The notes: generated from the sequence alone by a model not told the origin. A DNA stretch of 64,000 nt from an uncultured Isosphaeraceae bacterium (GCA_964524945.1 CAZGFN010000004.1:5581-69580), one strand, 5' to 3'. Positions 39,400 through 46,382 are shown, numbered from the stretch's first letter. Numbers and translations are program-made.

Positions 39400-39612
39400 C
39401 TACCGCATGGTGGATTCGAGTGACATTTTCCACACGGCAATGCGCAGGTCGATCTTTTTCAACTGTTCTTCATCAGCCTGGTCGCGGGCTTGAGCGATCA
39501 CTTTCTCTGCTTCTGCATGCTCTTTACGCCATAGATGGATAATGGCTAGATCGATCAGAGCGTCTGGATCTGGTTGGTCGTGCAATTCACACAACCGGCG
39601 GTTGGTTTTCAT
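39400..39612 (-). CDS. hypothetical 70-aa helical protein
   Basis: ATG-initiated ORF ending 16 nt upstream of the FlgI-like start. It has a single TPR-like helix pair (ALIDLAIIHLWRKEHAEAEKVIAQA). No family recognised. Confidence 0.4.
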   Translation of the reverse strand: MKTNRRLCELHDQPDPDALIDLAIIHLWRKEHAEAEKVIAQARDQADEEQLKKIDLRIAVWKMSLESTMR

Positions 39613-39655
39613 TCGCAGTGGCTATTACTGACGCGTAGTTGCGCTGCATGGAGAT

Positions 39656-39829
39656 TTGAATGAGGATTATCGCCGGAATACTACTACTCTTCTTTGCAGC
39701 CTTCTGCTCATACAGGTTTTGGCCTCGTTCGAGTATCCGGGCATCACCGTGTGGAAGGTCGGCTATGCGCTTCTGGCAGGGATATTTCTGTACGGGGGAT
39801 ACAGGTTGATTCGATCCGGAGTGCAATAA
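39656..39829 (+). CDS. possible small two-TM membrane protein (start or frame uncertain)
   Basis: Own translation from TTG at 39656: (M)NEDYRRNTTTLLCSLLLIQVLASFEYPGITVWKVGYALLAGIFLYGGYRLIRSGVQ*. An ATG at 39660 in another frame gives MRIIAGILLLFFAAFCSY... and then terminates. Below the track's 60-aa cutoff. Confidence 0.3.
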   Translation: MNEDYRRNTTTLLCSLLLIQVLASFEYPGITVWKVGYALLAGIFLYGGYRLIRSGVQ

Positions 39830-39868
39830 AAAAGCCTGCGGACACTTCAGGGCATCCGAGAAGTGTCC
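39828..39868 (-). terminator. intrinsic-terminator-like hairpin closing the minus-strand operon (also abuts the + strand small ORF)
   Basis: Perfect 9-bp stem GGACACTTC (39840-39848) / GAAGTGTCC (39860-39868) with an 11-nt loop. On the minus strand it is followed by GCAGGC and TTTTTT (39833-39828). The 6-nt spacer is not canonical. Confidence 0.55.
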
Positions 39869-39889
39869 AGTGGTGGAATTAAAGGAAGT

Positions 39890-40012
39890 TCAGTTACCTG
39901 TCGGCTTGCGCCCGATGGTCAGGTTCGCTTTCGCTTGGAGTTTCCCGGACTCAAACTTGCCGGTGAAGTCGAGGCTCAACTTTGGCGCTGGGCTCATCTG
40001 GAGGGGCGTCAC
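39890..40012 (-). CDS. possible small ORF (3' end of an unassigned minus-strand gene)
   Basis: The frame encoding ...(V)TPLQMSPAPKLSLDFTGKFESGKLQAKANLTIGRKPTGN* has about 80% GC at third positions by hand count, against about 45% for the antisense + frame. The stop lies about 20 nt before the terminator hairpin. Start could be GTG 40012 or ATG 39997. Confidence 0.3.
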   Translation of the reverse strand: MTPLQMSPAPKLSLDFTGKFESGKLQAKANLTIGRKPTGN

Positions 40013-40041
40013 GGCGCGGACTATTCCCAGGGGCGGCGGGG

Positions 40042-40221
40042 TCAGGCTGCTCGCGTGCGAGCGAGGCGAGCCTCGTGGTACTGCTGCCATTCCATGGCCT
40101 CGGCGCGGGAAGAGAATCGCTCGAGGATGATCGGAATGGCACTGCGAGTACAAACGGCCCAATTTTTGCCCAGTTGAAGGAGCATGGTGCTGGTTGTGGG
40201 ATTGGTGGTCGTGCTTGGCAT
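40042..40221 (-). CDS. possible 59-aa ORF downstream of the ATPase
   Basis: Own translation: MPSTTTNPTTSTMLLQLGKNWAVCTRSAIPIILERFSSRAEAMEWQQYHEARLARTRAA*. It looks more protein-like than the overlapping 130-aa track ORF. It is one frame away from the 39890..40012 ORF, so the two could be a single frameshifted gene. Confidence 0.3.
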   Translation of the reverse strand: MPSTTTNPTTSTMLLQLGKNWAVCTRSAIPIILERFSSRAEAMEWQQYHEARLARTRAA

Positions 40222-40376
40222 TGTGGTCTAGTCCTTGCGGGCTGCTTACCGGCAGTCGAATGACACCGGGCTTCAATACCACCTATTGGGACAATGCCCC
40301 TTCTGTGTGAGCACAAGTTTGATTTTTTGGGTTTTTTGGTGTTCGGCGGGGCCCCAGGACGGATGTCAGGGGGACT

Positions 40377-43300
40377 TTATCGGCAGTGCCTGCTCGAGAT
40401 ACGGGCCGCGACCTCGGCCAGCCAGCTCGCATCGGGCATGGCCCAGGGGCGGAATTTTTCCATTGAACCGGTGTCATCCTCGTGGAGGAGCGCCCGATTC
40501 AGGCCCAAGTCGCTCGCGGCGGTCGTGTCGATGAGTTGTCCGGAATCGCTGGCGCTCATTTGGAACAGCAGGCGGTAGGTGAACATGCTTTGTGATTTGC
40601 GATCTAGCCCTCGGAGCATGTTGTTGAGCGAATCGAACCACAACGAGGAATGGATGCCCCAGGCCGGCCCGTCCCGCAGGAGGTCCGCGAAGATCTGTGA
40701 GGTCGGCGGGGGGCCATCGTCATCGCCCATGGACATCATGAAGTCGTCGTCTGAGGGTCGCAGCGGTGCCAACCGATGCGGTTCCAGCCCCAGCAGCAGC
40801 AGGGTCGCCCCGCCGGTGCTTTGGTCACGTTGTCTCGCTGACAGAATGGCGGCAATCTTCTGCAATTCTTCGTCGGCATTGCGGGCGGTGACTCGCACGA
40901 CTTGGTGGGGAAGTTGCTGGGCGAACGCAGCCAATCGGCCGCCAAAGGCCGCGTCGGGTGGCACACCGTCAAGCAGCCACACCATGAGTCCAGATTGGGT
41001 GTGATCGGACGTCGGGGGCAGGATCGCCGCGGATTGCAAGAGGCTGGCGATTTGTACAGATTGGGCAGCCTCGGAGTGCTGACCCACGAGCATGAGATTG
41101 CCTCCAGACTGACGCCGCAGCGGCACCGTGGTGCACTCTTTGATGGCGAGGGGGTCGCCCAAAATGAGATCGAGTTCGGCCGCCTCGGGCCAGTTGTCGC
41201 ATTCGAGCAGCGGCGTGATCGACTCATGGCCGGGCAGGAGGGAGGGGATGTTGCCGCGAAACACGAACTGTCCGAGGCCGTGATCGCCAGCTTTGGCATG
41301 CAGGGTTTTCAGGTACGTGTCCCGCGTGCTGTCGTTGAGCCACGCCACTTGGAATGGGGCGTTGCCGTCGATCTTCCCGCCCGCGTCGTTGTAAATCGCT
41401 TCGCCCGGGCGGCGAAGCTGCCGCGCGGCTGGATTGTCGTCACTAAGAATGAGATATGAGTCGGCTTCATCGCATTGCAGGGCGATGCGTACGCCGATCT
41501 GCCCCATCGTGCTGCGTGCCAGCGAGAAGGCGCCGCCGAGCGTTTGGCTGCCCATGAGCACATGCATGCCAAAGGCACGGCCCTGTCGCACGAGTCGATC
41601 CAGCAGCATGCCGGCTTCTTGCCCAACGGCATCATCGTTGATGAAGAACTCTTGGAATTCATCGACCACCAGCAGAATGCGGGGCATACGCTCGGACTGG
41701 CGTTCACGCCAAGTCCCAATGTCTTGCACGCCTGCGTCGCGGAACATTTGTCCGCGTCGTCGCAACTCCTCATCGAGGCGTCGCAGCACACTGAGACCGA
41801 ATTCGCGGTCGCTCTCGATGGCCACGACTCTGGCGTGGGGCAGTTGATTAGCGGCATAGGTTTGAAATTCAACACCCTTCTTGAAGTCGACGAGGTGGAA
41901 TTCGATTTCATCGGGTGAGTACCACATTGCCAGGTTGGTGATCAAGACGTGCAGCAGTGTTGACTTACCAGAACCGGTGCGACCAGCGATCAGTGCGTGC
42001 TGGGTCGTGCCTGGGCCCAGTACGAAGTCCTGCAAGCGATTGGCCCCACTGGGCCCCAGTTCGATGCGGATTTCATCAGCGGTGCTTCGAGTCCAGATGT
42101 GATCGTCATCTGGGGCGATGTGTTCGAAGGGAACCTCGACGCGGTGCGCCCCTGTGGCGGCTTGGCCGATGCGTCGAACGACGTCGGTGAGTTCGTGATC
42201 CTCGGGCGCTGCGTCGGGTAGGAATTGGAATTGTTCCAGTGGTGGGTCGGTGACGTGCCATGCATTGTCGTCATGGCTGATTCGAAGACATGGGAAGTCC
42301 TCCAGCACGCCCTCTAGGGCGTCTGGTACGGGGGCGTCGCGGTCGTGCAGCACGATGGTCAGGACGCCGCACCGCTGGCCGCTGCTGAGAATCGAAGCCA
42401 AGCGTTTTGCGGAAGATTCGGTTAGGCCCGCGGGGAAGTCTGCCAAGACGACGATGTGGTAGGGCTCGGCGATGGCGCCCGCTTGCTCGTTGTACTCGGC
42501 CAGCGATGCGAATTCATTGCGAAGCAACGATTGAATGACCGTTTCCATGTGTGCTGAGATGCGTTCAAATTGCTGGCTGATATGAGTTGTGTCGGTCCAC
42601 GCTCGCGAGACGACCTGAACATCTTCTAGGTCGGCTAGGTGCATGAATCCTGCGAATGTTTCACCCAGGCCGATGGGATCCACCAGCGTGAGTTGCGTCA
42701 TGCCTGGCGGATTGGAGGTGAGCACTCGCAGGAGCGTCGCTCTGGCCATGTCCATGGCTTCACTGCGGTGGGCGCGGTCGTAGCGAATCAAGAGGCCACC
42801 GCGAGTGTCAAGATCTGCTGCGATAGGGAGATTCGTAACTGGCTCGGGCCCATCCCATGGGTAGTCGTGGGGCACTCGCTGGCCGAATGTTTTTTCATCG
42901 ATTTGAATTTGCCCCACGGCGATGTCGCGGATCCGATCTTTGGAGGACATGCTGGCGAGCAGGTCGGGGCTTGTCCAAGTGGGCCGAGCGGCCTGCCCCC
43001 GATGCGCGATGGCCTCCAACTCATCACGAAGGCGAGGTTGCACTTCATTCCAGCGGGTGTGCAGCGCGGCGATGGCGGCGGCACTCTTTGACTGTGCGCG
43101 TTCCGTGACTGTTTGATAGGCCGCCTGGGCGGAGGCGATTGAGGTTTCGAGGGTCTTGTTGAGGTGTGCTTCCGTGTTGGTATGGGCGGCATGAGCTGCC
43201 TCGGCGGCCTCATCGCGTTCTTGTTGAATCTGATGGCAGTCGTGGTTGTACGCCTCCTCGAGTTGTTCAAGGAGAACTCGAACATCAGGACTGAATCCGT

Positions 43301-44243
43301 CGAGACGCTCCTGTAGACGGTCGTGTACCTCACCGATGAGCTGATCTCGCTGCTTGCGATGTGTGGTGTCCTGTGCCTGGAACGTGGCCGCGAGGTGTTG
43401 CTGGCGATGGCGAGATCCAGCCAAGGCCTCGCTGGCATGGAGGTGTACTTTCATCCCACGCCGCCGTTGCGAACCTTTGTGGCTCATCGAGATCAACACC
43501 GAAATCAGTCCGCCCACGATCACGCCTGCAAGGGGTGCAAGCCAGATTGCGGTGGGGGTGTTTGGCATGGCACGAGCGAGACCCCATCCCAAACCGCCTC
43601 CAAGAATTGGCGACAGGGACATGATCGTGCGGCGCAGGAATCGTTGCCACTTTGACTCTGCAAGCCCGGCGAGCAGTGTCTCCATGTCATCGAGTTTCTG
43701 GTCGATGGATGCTTCATCGACCACCACATCGGGTGCTTGGCTGGCTGCCGCGATGGTGTCAAGGTCGTCGGTGATGTACACCGCTCGCATGGCTTGGCTC
43801 ACGCGGGCGTGAACGGAGTCGCTGTGAATTTTTCCACGACGATCGTCAAGGAGGGCCTGCATCGTCCCCGATTCGTACATGCTTTCGGCAAGCCATTCAT
43901 CTTGGCCGGCACGTTCGGTCGCCTTGGAGTGGATTTGGTCTTTGTTGTCAAGGATGGAATCTCGTTTGACTTTACGTCGGCCCGAGGCACGCATCAATCG
44001 CATGTCGGCATCGGAGGTGATGCGATCGATCGTGGTGTCGTATTCCTTCTTGGACTTGTCGTGACTTTGTTCAGTAGCCTGCTGAATTTTTTCGATGGCC
44101 TCGGTGCGTGCCACGGAGGCCTGGCGGATCAATCGGTCACAGTTTGCCTTGGCCGCCAACGGAGTGGTTGAGGCCTCCTCGAGCAGGGACTCAAGATCGG
44201 TCAGATACGCAAGATTGAGTTCGAGGAGACTTCGTGTCGTCAT
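40377..44243 (-). CDS. membrane FtsK/SpoIIIE-family ATPase with three P-loop-like domains (EssC/EccC-like architecture)
   Basis: ATG at 44243 (MTTRSLLELN...). About 205-aa coiled-coil N-terminus, then a 2-TM hairpin (43488-43622), a second coiled coil, and three FtsK-like modules. Only module 2 is intact: Walker A GRTGSGKST (41958-41984) and Walker B LLVVDEFQE (41649-41675). Modules 1 (LLIRYDRAHRSEAM...HIVVLADFP) and 3 (NLMLVGQHSEAAQS...TLLLLGLEP) lack the catalytic residues. Confidence 0.9.
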   Translation of the reverse strand: MTTRSLLELNLAYLTDLESLLEEASTTPLAAKANCDRLIRQASVARTEAIEKIQQATEQSHDKSKKEYDTTIDRITSDADMRLMRASGRRKVKRDSILDNKDQIHSKATERAGQDEWLAESMYESGTMQALLDDRRGKIHSDSVHARVSQAMRAVYITDDLDTIAAASQAPDVVVDEASIDQKLDDMETLLAGLAESKWQRFLRRTIMSLSPILGGGLGWGLARAMPNTPTAIWLAPLAGVIVGGLISVLISMSHKGSQRRRGMKVHLHASEALAGSRHRQQHLAATFQAQDTTHRKQRDQLIGEVHDRLQERLDGFSPDVRVLLEQLEEAYNHDCHQIQQERDEAAEAAHAAHTNTEAHLNKTLETSIASAQAAYQTVTERAQSKSAAAIAALHTRWNEVQPRLRDELEAIAHRGQAARPTWTSPDLLASMSSKDRIRDIAVGQIQIDEKTFGQRVPHDYPWDGPEPVTNLPIAADLDTRGGLLIRYDRAHRSEAMDMARATLLRVLTSNPPGMTQLTLVDPIGLGETFAGFMHLADLEDVQVVSRAWTDTTHISQQFERISAHMETVIQSLLRNEFASLAEYNEQAGAIAEPYHIVVLADFPAGLTESSAKRLASILSSGQRCGVLTIVLHDRDAPVPDALEGVLEDFPCLRISHDDNAWHVTDPPLEQFQFLPDAAPEDHELTDVVRRIGQAATGAHRVEVPFEHIAPDDDHIWTRSTADEIRIELGPSGANRLQDFVLGPGTTQHALIAGRTGSGKSTLLHVLITNLAMWYSPDEIEFHLVDFKKGVEFQTYAANQLPHARVVAIESDREFGLSVLRRLDEELRRRGQMFRDAGVQDIGTWRERQSERMPRILLVVDEFQEFFINDDAVGQEAGMLLDRLVRQGRAFGMHVLMGSQTLGGAFSLARSTMGQIGVRIALQCDEADSYLILSDDNPAARQLRRPGEAIYNDAGGKIDGNAPFQVAWLNDSTRDTYLKTLHAKAGDHGLGQFVFRGNIPSLLPGHESITPLLECDNWPEAAELDLILGDPLAIKECTTVPLRRQSGGNLMLVGQHSEAAQSVQIASLLQSAAILPPTSDHTQSGLMVWLLDGVPPDAAFGGRLAAFAQQLPHQVVRVTARNADEELQKIAAILSARQRDQSTGGATLLLLGLEPHRLAPLRPSDDDFMMSMGDDDGPPPTSQIFADLLRDGPAWGIHSSLWFDSLNNMLRGLDRKSQSMFTYRLLFQMSASDSGQLIDTTAASDLGLNRALLHEDDTGSMEKFRPWAMPDASWLAEVAARISSRHCR

Positions 44244-44280
44244 GAGGGTGGCCCGGGGGCCAATGGTAGCAGGGCGACTA

Positions 44281-44502
44281 CTAGGACTCCCATCCGCATT
44301 CCTTCTGAACCTTCTCCAGCACCCCGTCCATTTCCTGAAGGGCTTGTTCCACTGCACGCAGCGTTGTCATGGCTGGCTCGATGAACTGCATACCCACCCG
44401 CTGGTACTGCTCATCGGTCCAGTGTGTGCCTAGTTGCTCCCACTGGAACATCAGGGCGCGGAGTTCTTCACGTGCGATGGCGCTGCGGGCATACAGGCTC
44501 AT
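44281..44502 (-). CDS. 73-aa helical protein with WXG-like turn motif (LGTHWTDEQYQRV)
   Basis: ATG start in an ATGA overlap with the stop of 44499..45029. All-helical composition. Shares the LG..W.D....(F/V) pattern with 45077..45349. Confidence 0.6.
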   Translation of the reverse strand: MSLYARSAIAREELRALMFQWEQLGTHWTDEQYQRVGMQFIEPAMTTLRAVEQALQEMDGVLEKVQKECGWES

Positions 44503-45029
44503 GGCGTGTCCTCCGAATCAGCATTGGCAGGATCATCGGAACTGGGATCGCTGCTGTCAGCCAAGGACGCATCGGGAGCGGGGGGTTTTTCGGTCAGGTA
44601 TCCATCGAGGTGCTGCTCCAAGGCGCGGAGCCAAGCGACGCAGTTGGCAACATCCAGTTCGGTCCAGGTTTGCATGGGTTGGAGGCGCCCACGTAACTTG
44701 ACGAGTTGGCGTTGCAGTTCAATCTGCCAGTATTTGATCCGGCGCAACTTCAGGGCGGCCTCTTCGCGGCGATCCTTGGCTTTGCGAATGGCGCGGTTTT
44801 GATCGAAGAAGGAACGGGGGTCGACATCTGGCCGGGCAATTTGGGCGCGTTGCAGATCTGCCAAGGCGGTAGAGAGTTTCTGCTCGCGTTTGCGTGCTTC
44901 GATTTTCCAGTGCATCACGCAGTCGTTGGCCAGCCAACTTTCCGTGCGGCGAACCTGTCCGAGGCACTCATCGAGTACCCGCCCGACGGTCTCTCCGGTA
45001 GAGACAAAGCGAGCGCGAAGCAGCCCCAT
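44499..45029 (-). CDS. 176-aa coiled-coil protein with acidic Ser/Asp/Pro tail
   Basis: ATG at 45029 (MGLLRARFVSTGE...); an in-frame GTG at 45065 is an alternative start. Contains MQTWTELDVANCVAW and the tail PPAPDASLADSSDPSSDDPANADSEDTP. The 315-aa track ORF extension overlaps two better genes. Confidence 0.6.
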   Translation of the reverse strand: MGLLRARFVSTGETVGRVLDECLGQVRRTESWLANDCVMHWKIEARKREQKLSTALADLQRAQIARPDVDPRSFFDQNRAIRKAKDRREEAALKLRRIKYWQIELQRQLVKLRGRLQPMQTWTELDVANCVAWLRALEQHLDGYLTEKPPAPDASLADSSDPSSDDPANADSEDTP

Positions 45030-45076
45030 GGACTCGACGGCTCTGTTGTCGGCTTGTTCTCGCACTCGATTCGAAC

Positions 45077-45349
45077 CTAGCGTTGATTGAGGTAGTCTTC
45101 TGCCCGTTGTGCTTTGCGTACGAGGAAGGGCACGTGGTCCACGACGTGTGTGCGGAAGCGATCGAGGCTTCGCATGGTCTGTTCGAATTCTTCGGTGAAC
45201 TTGCGATGCTCTTGATCGCGCCAGGTCTGACCGAGTTGCGAGTGTCGTGCTTTGAGCACGGTCATCTGTTCGGACATCGTTTCGGTGAACTTCTTGAGTT
45301 CCATCGCGAATCGTCGGACTTCTGCGGGATCGATGACGGCTTTGGCCAT
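45077..45349 (-). CDS. WXG100 (EsxA/ESAT-6)-like 90-aa protein, W-x-D variant
   Basis: MAKAVIDPAEVRRFAMELKKFTETMSEQMTVLKARHSQLGQTWRDQEHRKFTEEFEQTMRSL... Two long helices flank a central W (residue 43). The pattern resembles EsxA ...[17 protein letters not shown]... as I recall it. Confidence 0.7.
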   Translation of the reverse strand: MAKAVIDPAEVRRFAMELKKFTETMSEQMTVLKARHSQLGQTWRDQEHRKFTEEFEQTMRSLDRFRTHVVDHVPFLVRKAQRAEDYLNQR

Positions 45350-45382
45350 GGCTAGGGTCCTTTCGGTACTTCTTCGTACAGA

Positions 45383-45889
45383 CTACGGTGCATCGGAGCT
45401 TGTGGTTCCGGTTTGGCTTTGGGCATTGCCAAAGAGCCGGTCCCATGAGCCCTCCACGCGGCCCTTGACCATTCCACGAAGGGTGACGTGGCGGCTGCCC
45501 TGAATGACGAGATTGCCCATGATCTGGGCATCGGGGGTCAGGTCGAAATAGCGTCCAAGGAAGTGCACATCGCCTTGGTACTGTCCATGCAAGGTGGCAT
45601 CGCCGCCGAGCATGGCCACTTCGGCGGTGCTGCCGTGAAGCGTGATGGTGCTAGCAAAGAAGAAGGTTGGCTCGGTGATGACTTCGGTTTGGTCGATGGC
45701 CGAAGCATCGACCTGTGTCCATGTGGCAAACCGATGTTGGTAGTTGGCGACCAGTCGATTGACACGAATGAATTCGTATCCCACCAGACCAATGCCAACG
45801 GCTACAACCATGATGATGGTGACGCACCCAATGCGCTGACCGAGCGATCGTGGCGTGTTGGGTTCGGTATCAGGCGGGTTGGTGGTCAT
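45383..45889 (-). CDS. membrane-anchored bactofilin-like (polymer-forming beta-helix) protein
   Basis: ATG at 45889. One TM (CVTIIMVVAVGIGLVGY), then ITLHGSTAEVAMLGGDATLHGQYQGDVHFLGRYFDLTPDAQIMGNLVIQGSRHVTLRGMVKGRVEG, which resembles bactofilin (DUF583) repeats. Confidence 0.65.
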   Translation of the reverse strand: MTTNPPDTEPNTPRSLGQRIGCVTIIMVVAVGIGLVGYEFIRVNRLVANYQHRFATWTQVDASAIDQTEVITEPTFFFASTITLHGSTAEVAMLGGDATLHGQYQGDVHFLGRYFDLTPDAQIMGNLVIQGSRHVTLRGMVKGRVEGSWDRLFGNAQSQTGTTSSDAP

Positions 45890-46382
45890 GTGTGTGGGGT
45901 GCCACGAGCCGGCGGTTGGCAGCGTACAGGCCCAACGCCACGGGTGCCGGAAGGAGCCATGGCCACAGGTCCAGCCAAGGCGGTGGTGGGGCCGCTGCGG
46001 TGAACTGGAGTGGGACACGAACCTGCACTCCCTCGCGGTCTACGACGACGACGGCATTCCACTGACCCATCTCTGGAAGTACGAAGTTCGCCGCGTACAA
46101 CAGCCTCATGTCGGCAGACTCAGTTGTGGCTGGTACACGCATCGCCAAGCCCGCTTCCAACTGATGTAGTTCGATGGTGATGGCAGCATCGAGTACGGCC
46201 TTGTTGGTGTCAGGGTCTTGGATCAGGACGGAGAAGTCCACCGGTCCTGGGCGAAGGGGTGTGGGATCGGTCAGAGCCGTTACGCGCCATGGTCCGGCTC
46301 GTTCGCTGAGCCGAACTAAGCCACTGTCGGCCATCGTGGCGGTGGCAATACAAGCGATCAGCATGGTGGCGGTACGCGTCAT
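45870..46382 (-). CDS. exported protein with C-terminal TM anchor, FixH/YtkA-like by context
   Basis: Signal peptide, a beta-rich domain of about 110 aa and the terminal anchor WLDLWPWLLPAPVALGLYAA. ATGA overlap with the upstream CtaG-polyferredoxin gene. The product call rests mainly on context. Confidence 0.55.
   Translation of the reverse strand: MTRTATMLIACIATATMADSGLVRLSERAGPWRVTALTDPTPLRPGPVDFSVLIQDPDTNKAVLDAAITIELHQLEAGLAMRVPATTESADMRLLYAANFVLPEMGQWNAVVVVDREGVQVRVPLQFTAAAPPPPWLDLWPWLLPAPVALGLYAANRRLVAPHTHDHQPA

Noticed and set aside
40042-40221. Possible GIY-YIG nuclease remnant (...TRSAIPIILERFSSRAEAMEWQQY...)
   Set aside because: The resemblance to the C-terminal half of UPF0213/GIY-YIG proteins is only a loose pattern. 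The diagnostic GIY and YIG N-terminal motifs are absent, so I did not call it.
39863-40263. Plus-strand ORFs 39863..40177, 39870..40130 and 39982..40263 downstream of the ATPase
   Set aside because: Third-position GC is about 45% by hand count. That is much lower than the minus-strand frames covering the same DNA. Transcription from the + strand would run straight out of the terminator hairpin.
45030-45446. N-terminal extension of track ORF 44499..45446 (315 aa)
   Set aside because: The extension overlaps the WXG100-like and bactofilin-like genes in other frames and is Arg/Ser/Pro-rich. The internal ATG at 45029 gives a coherent helical protein.
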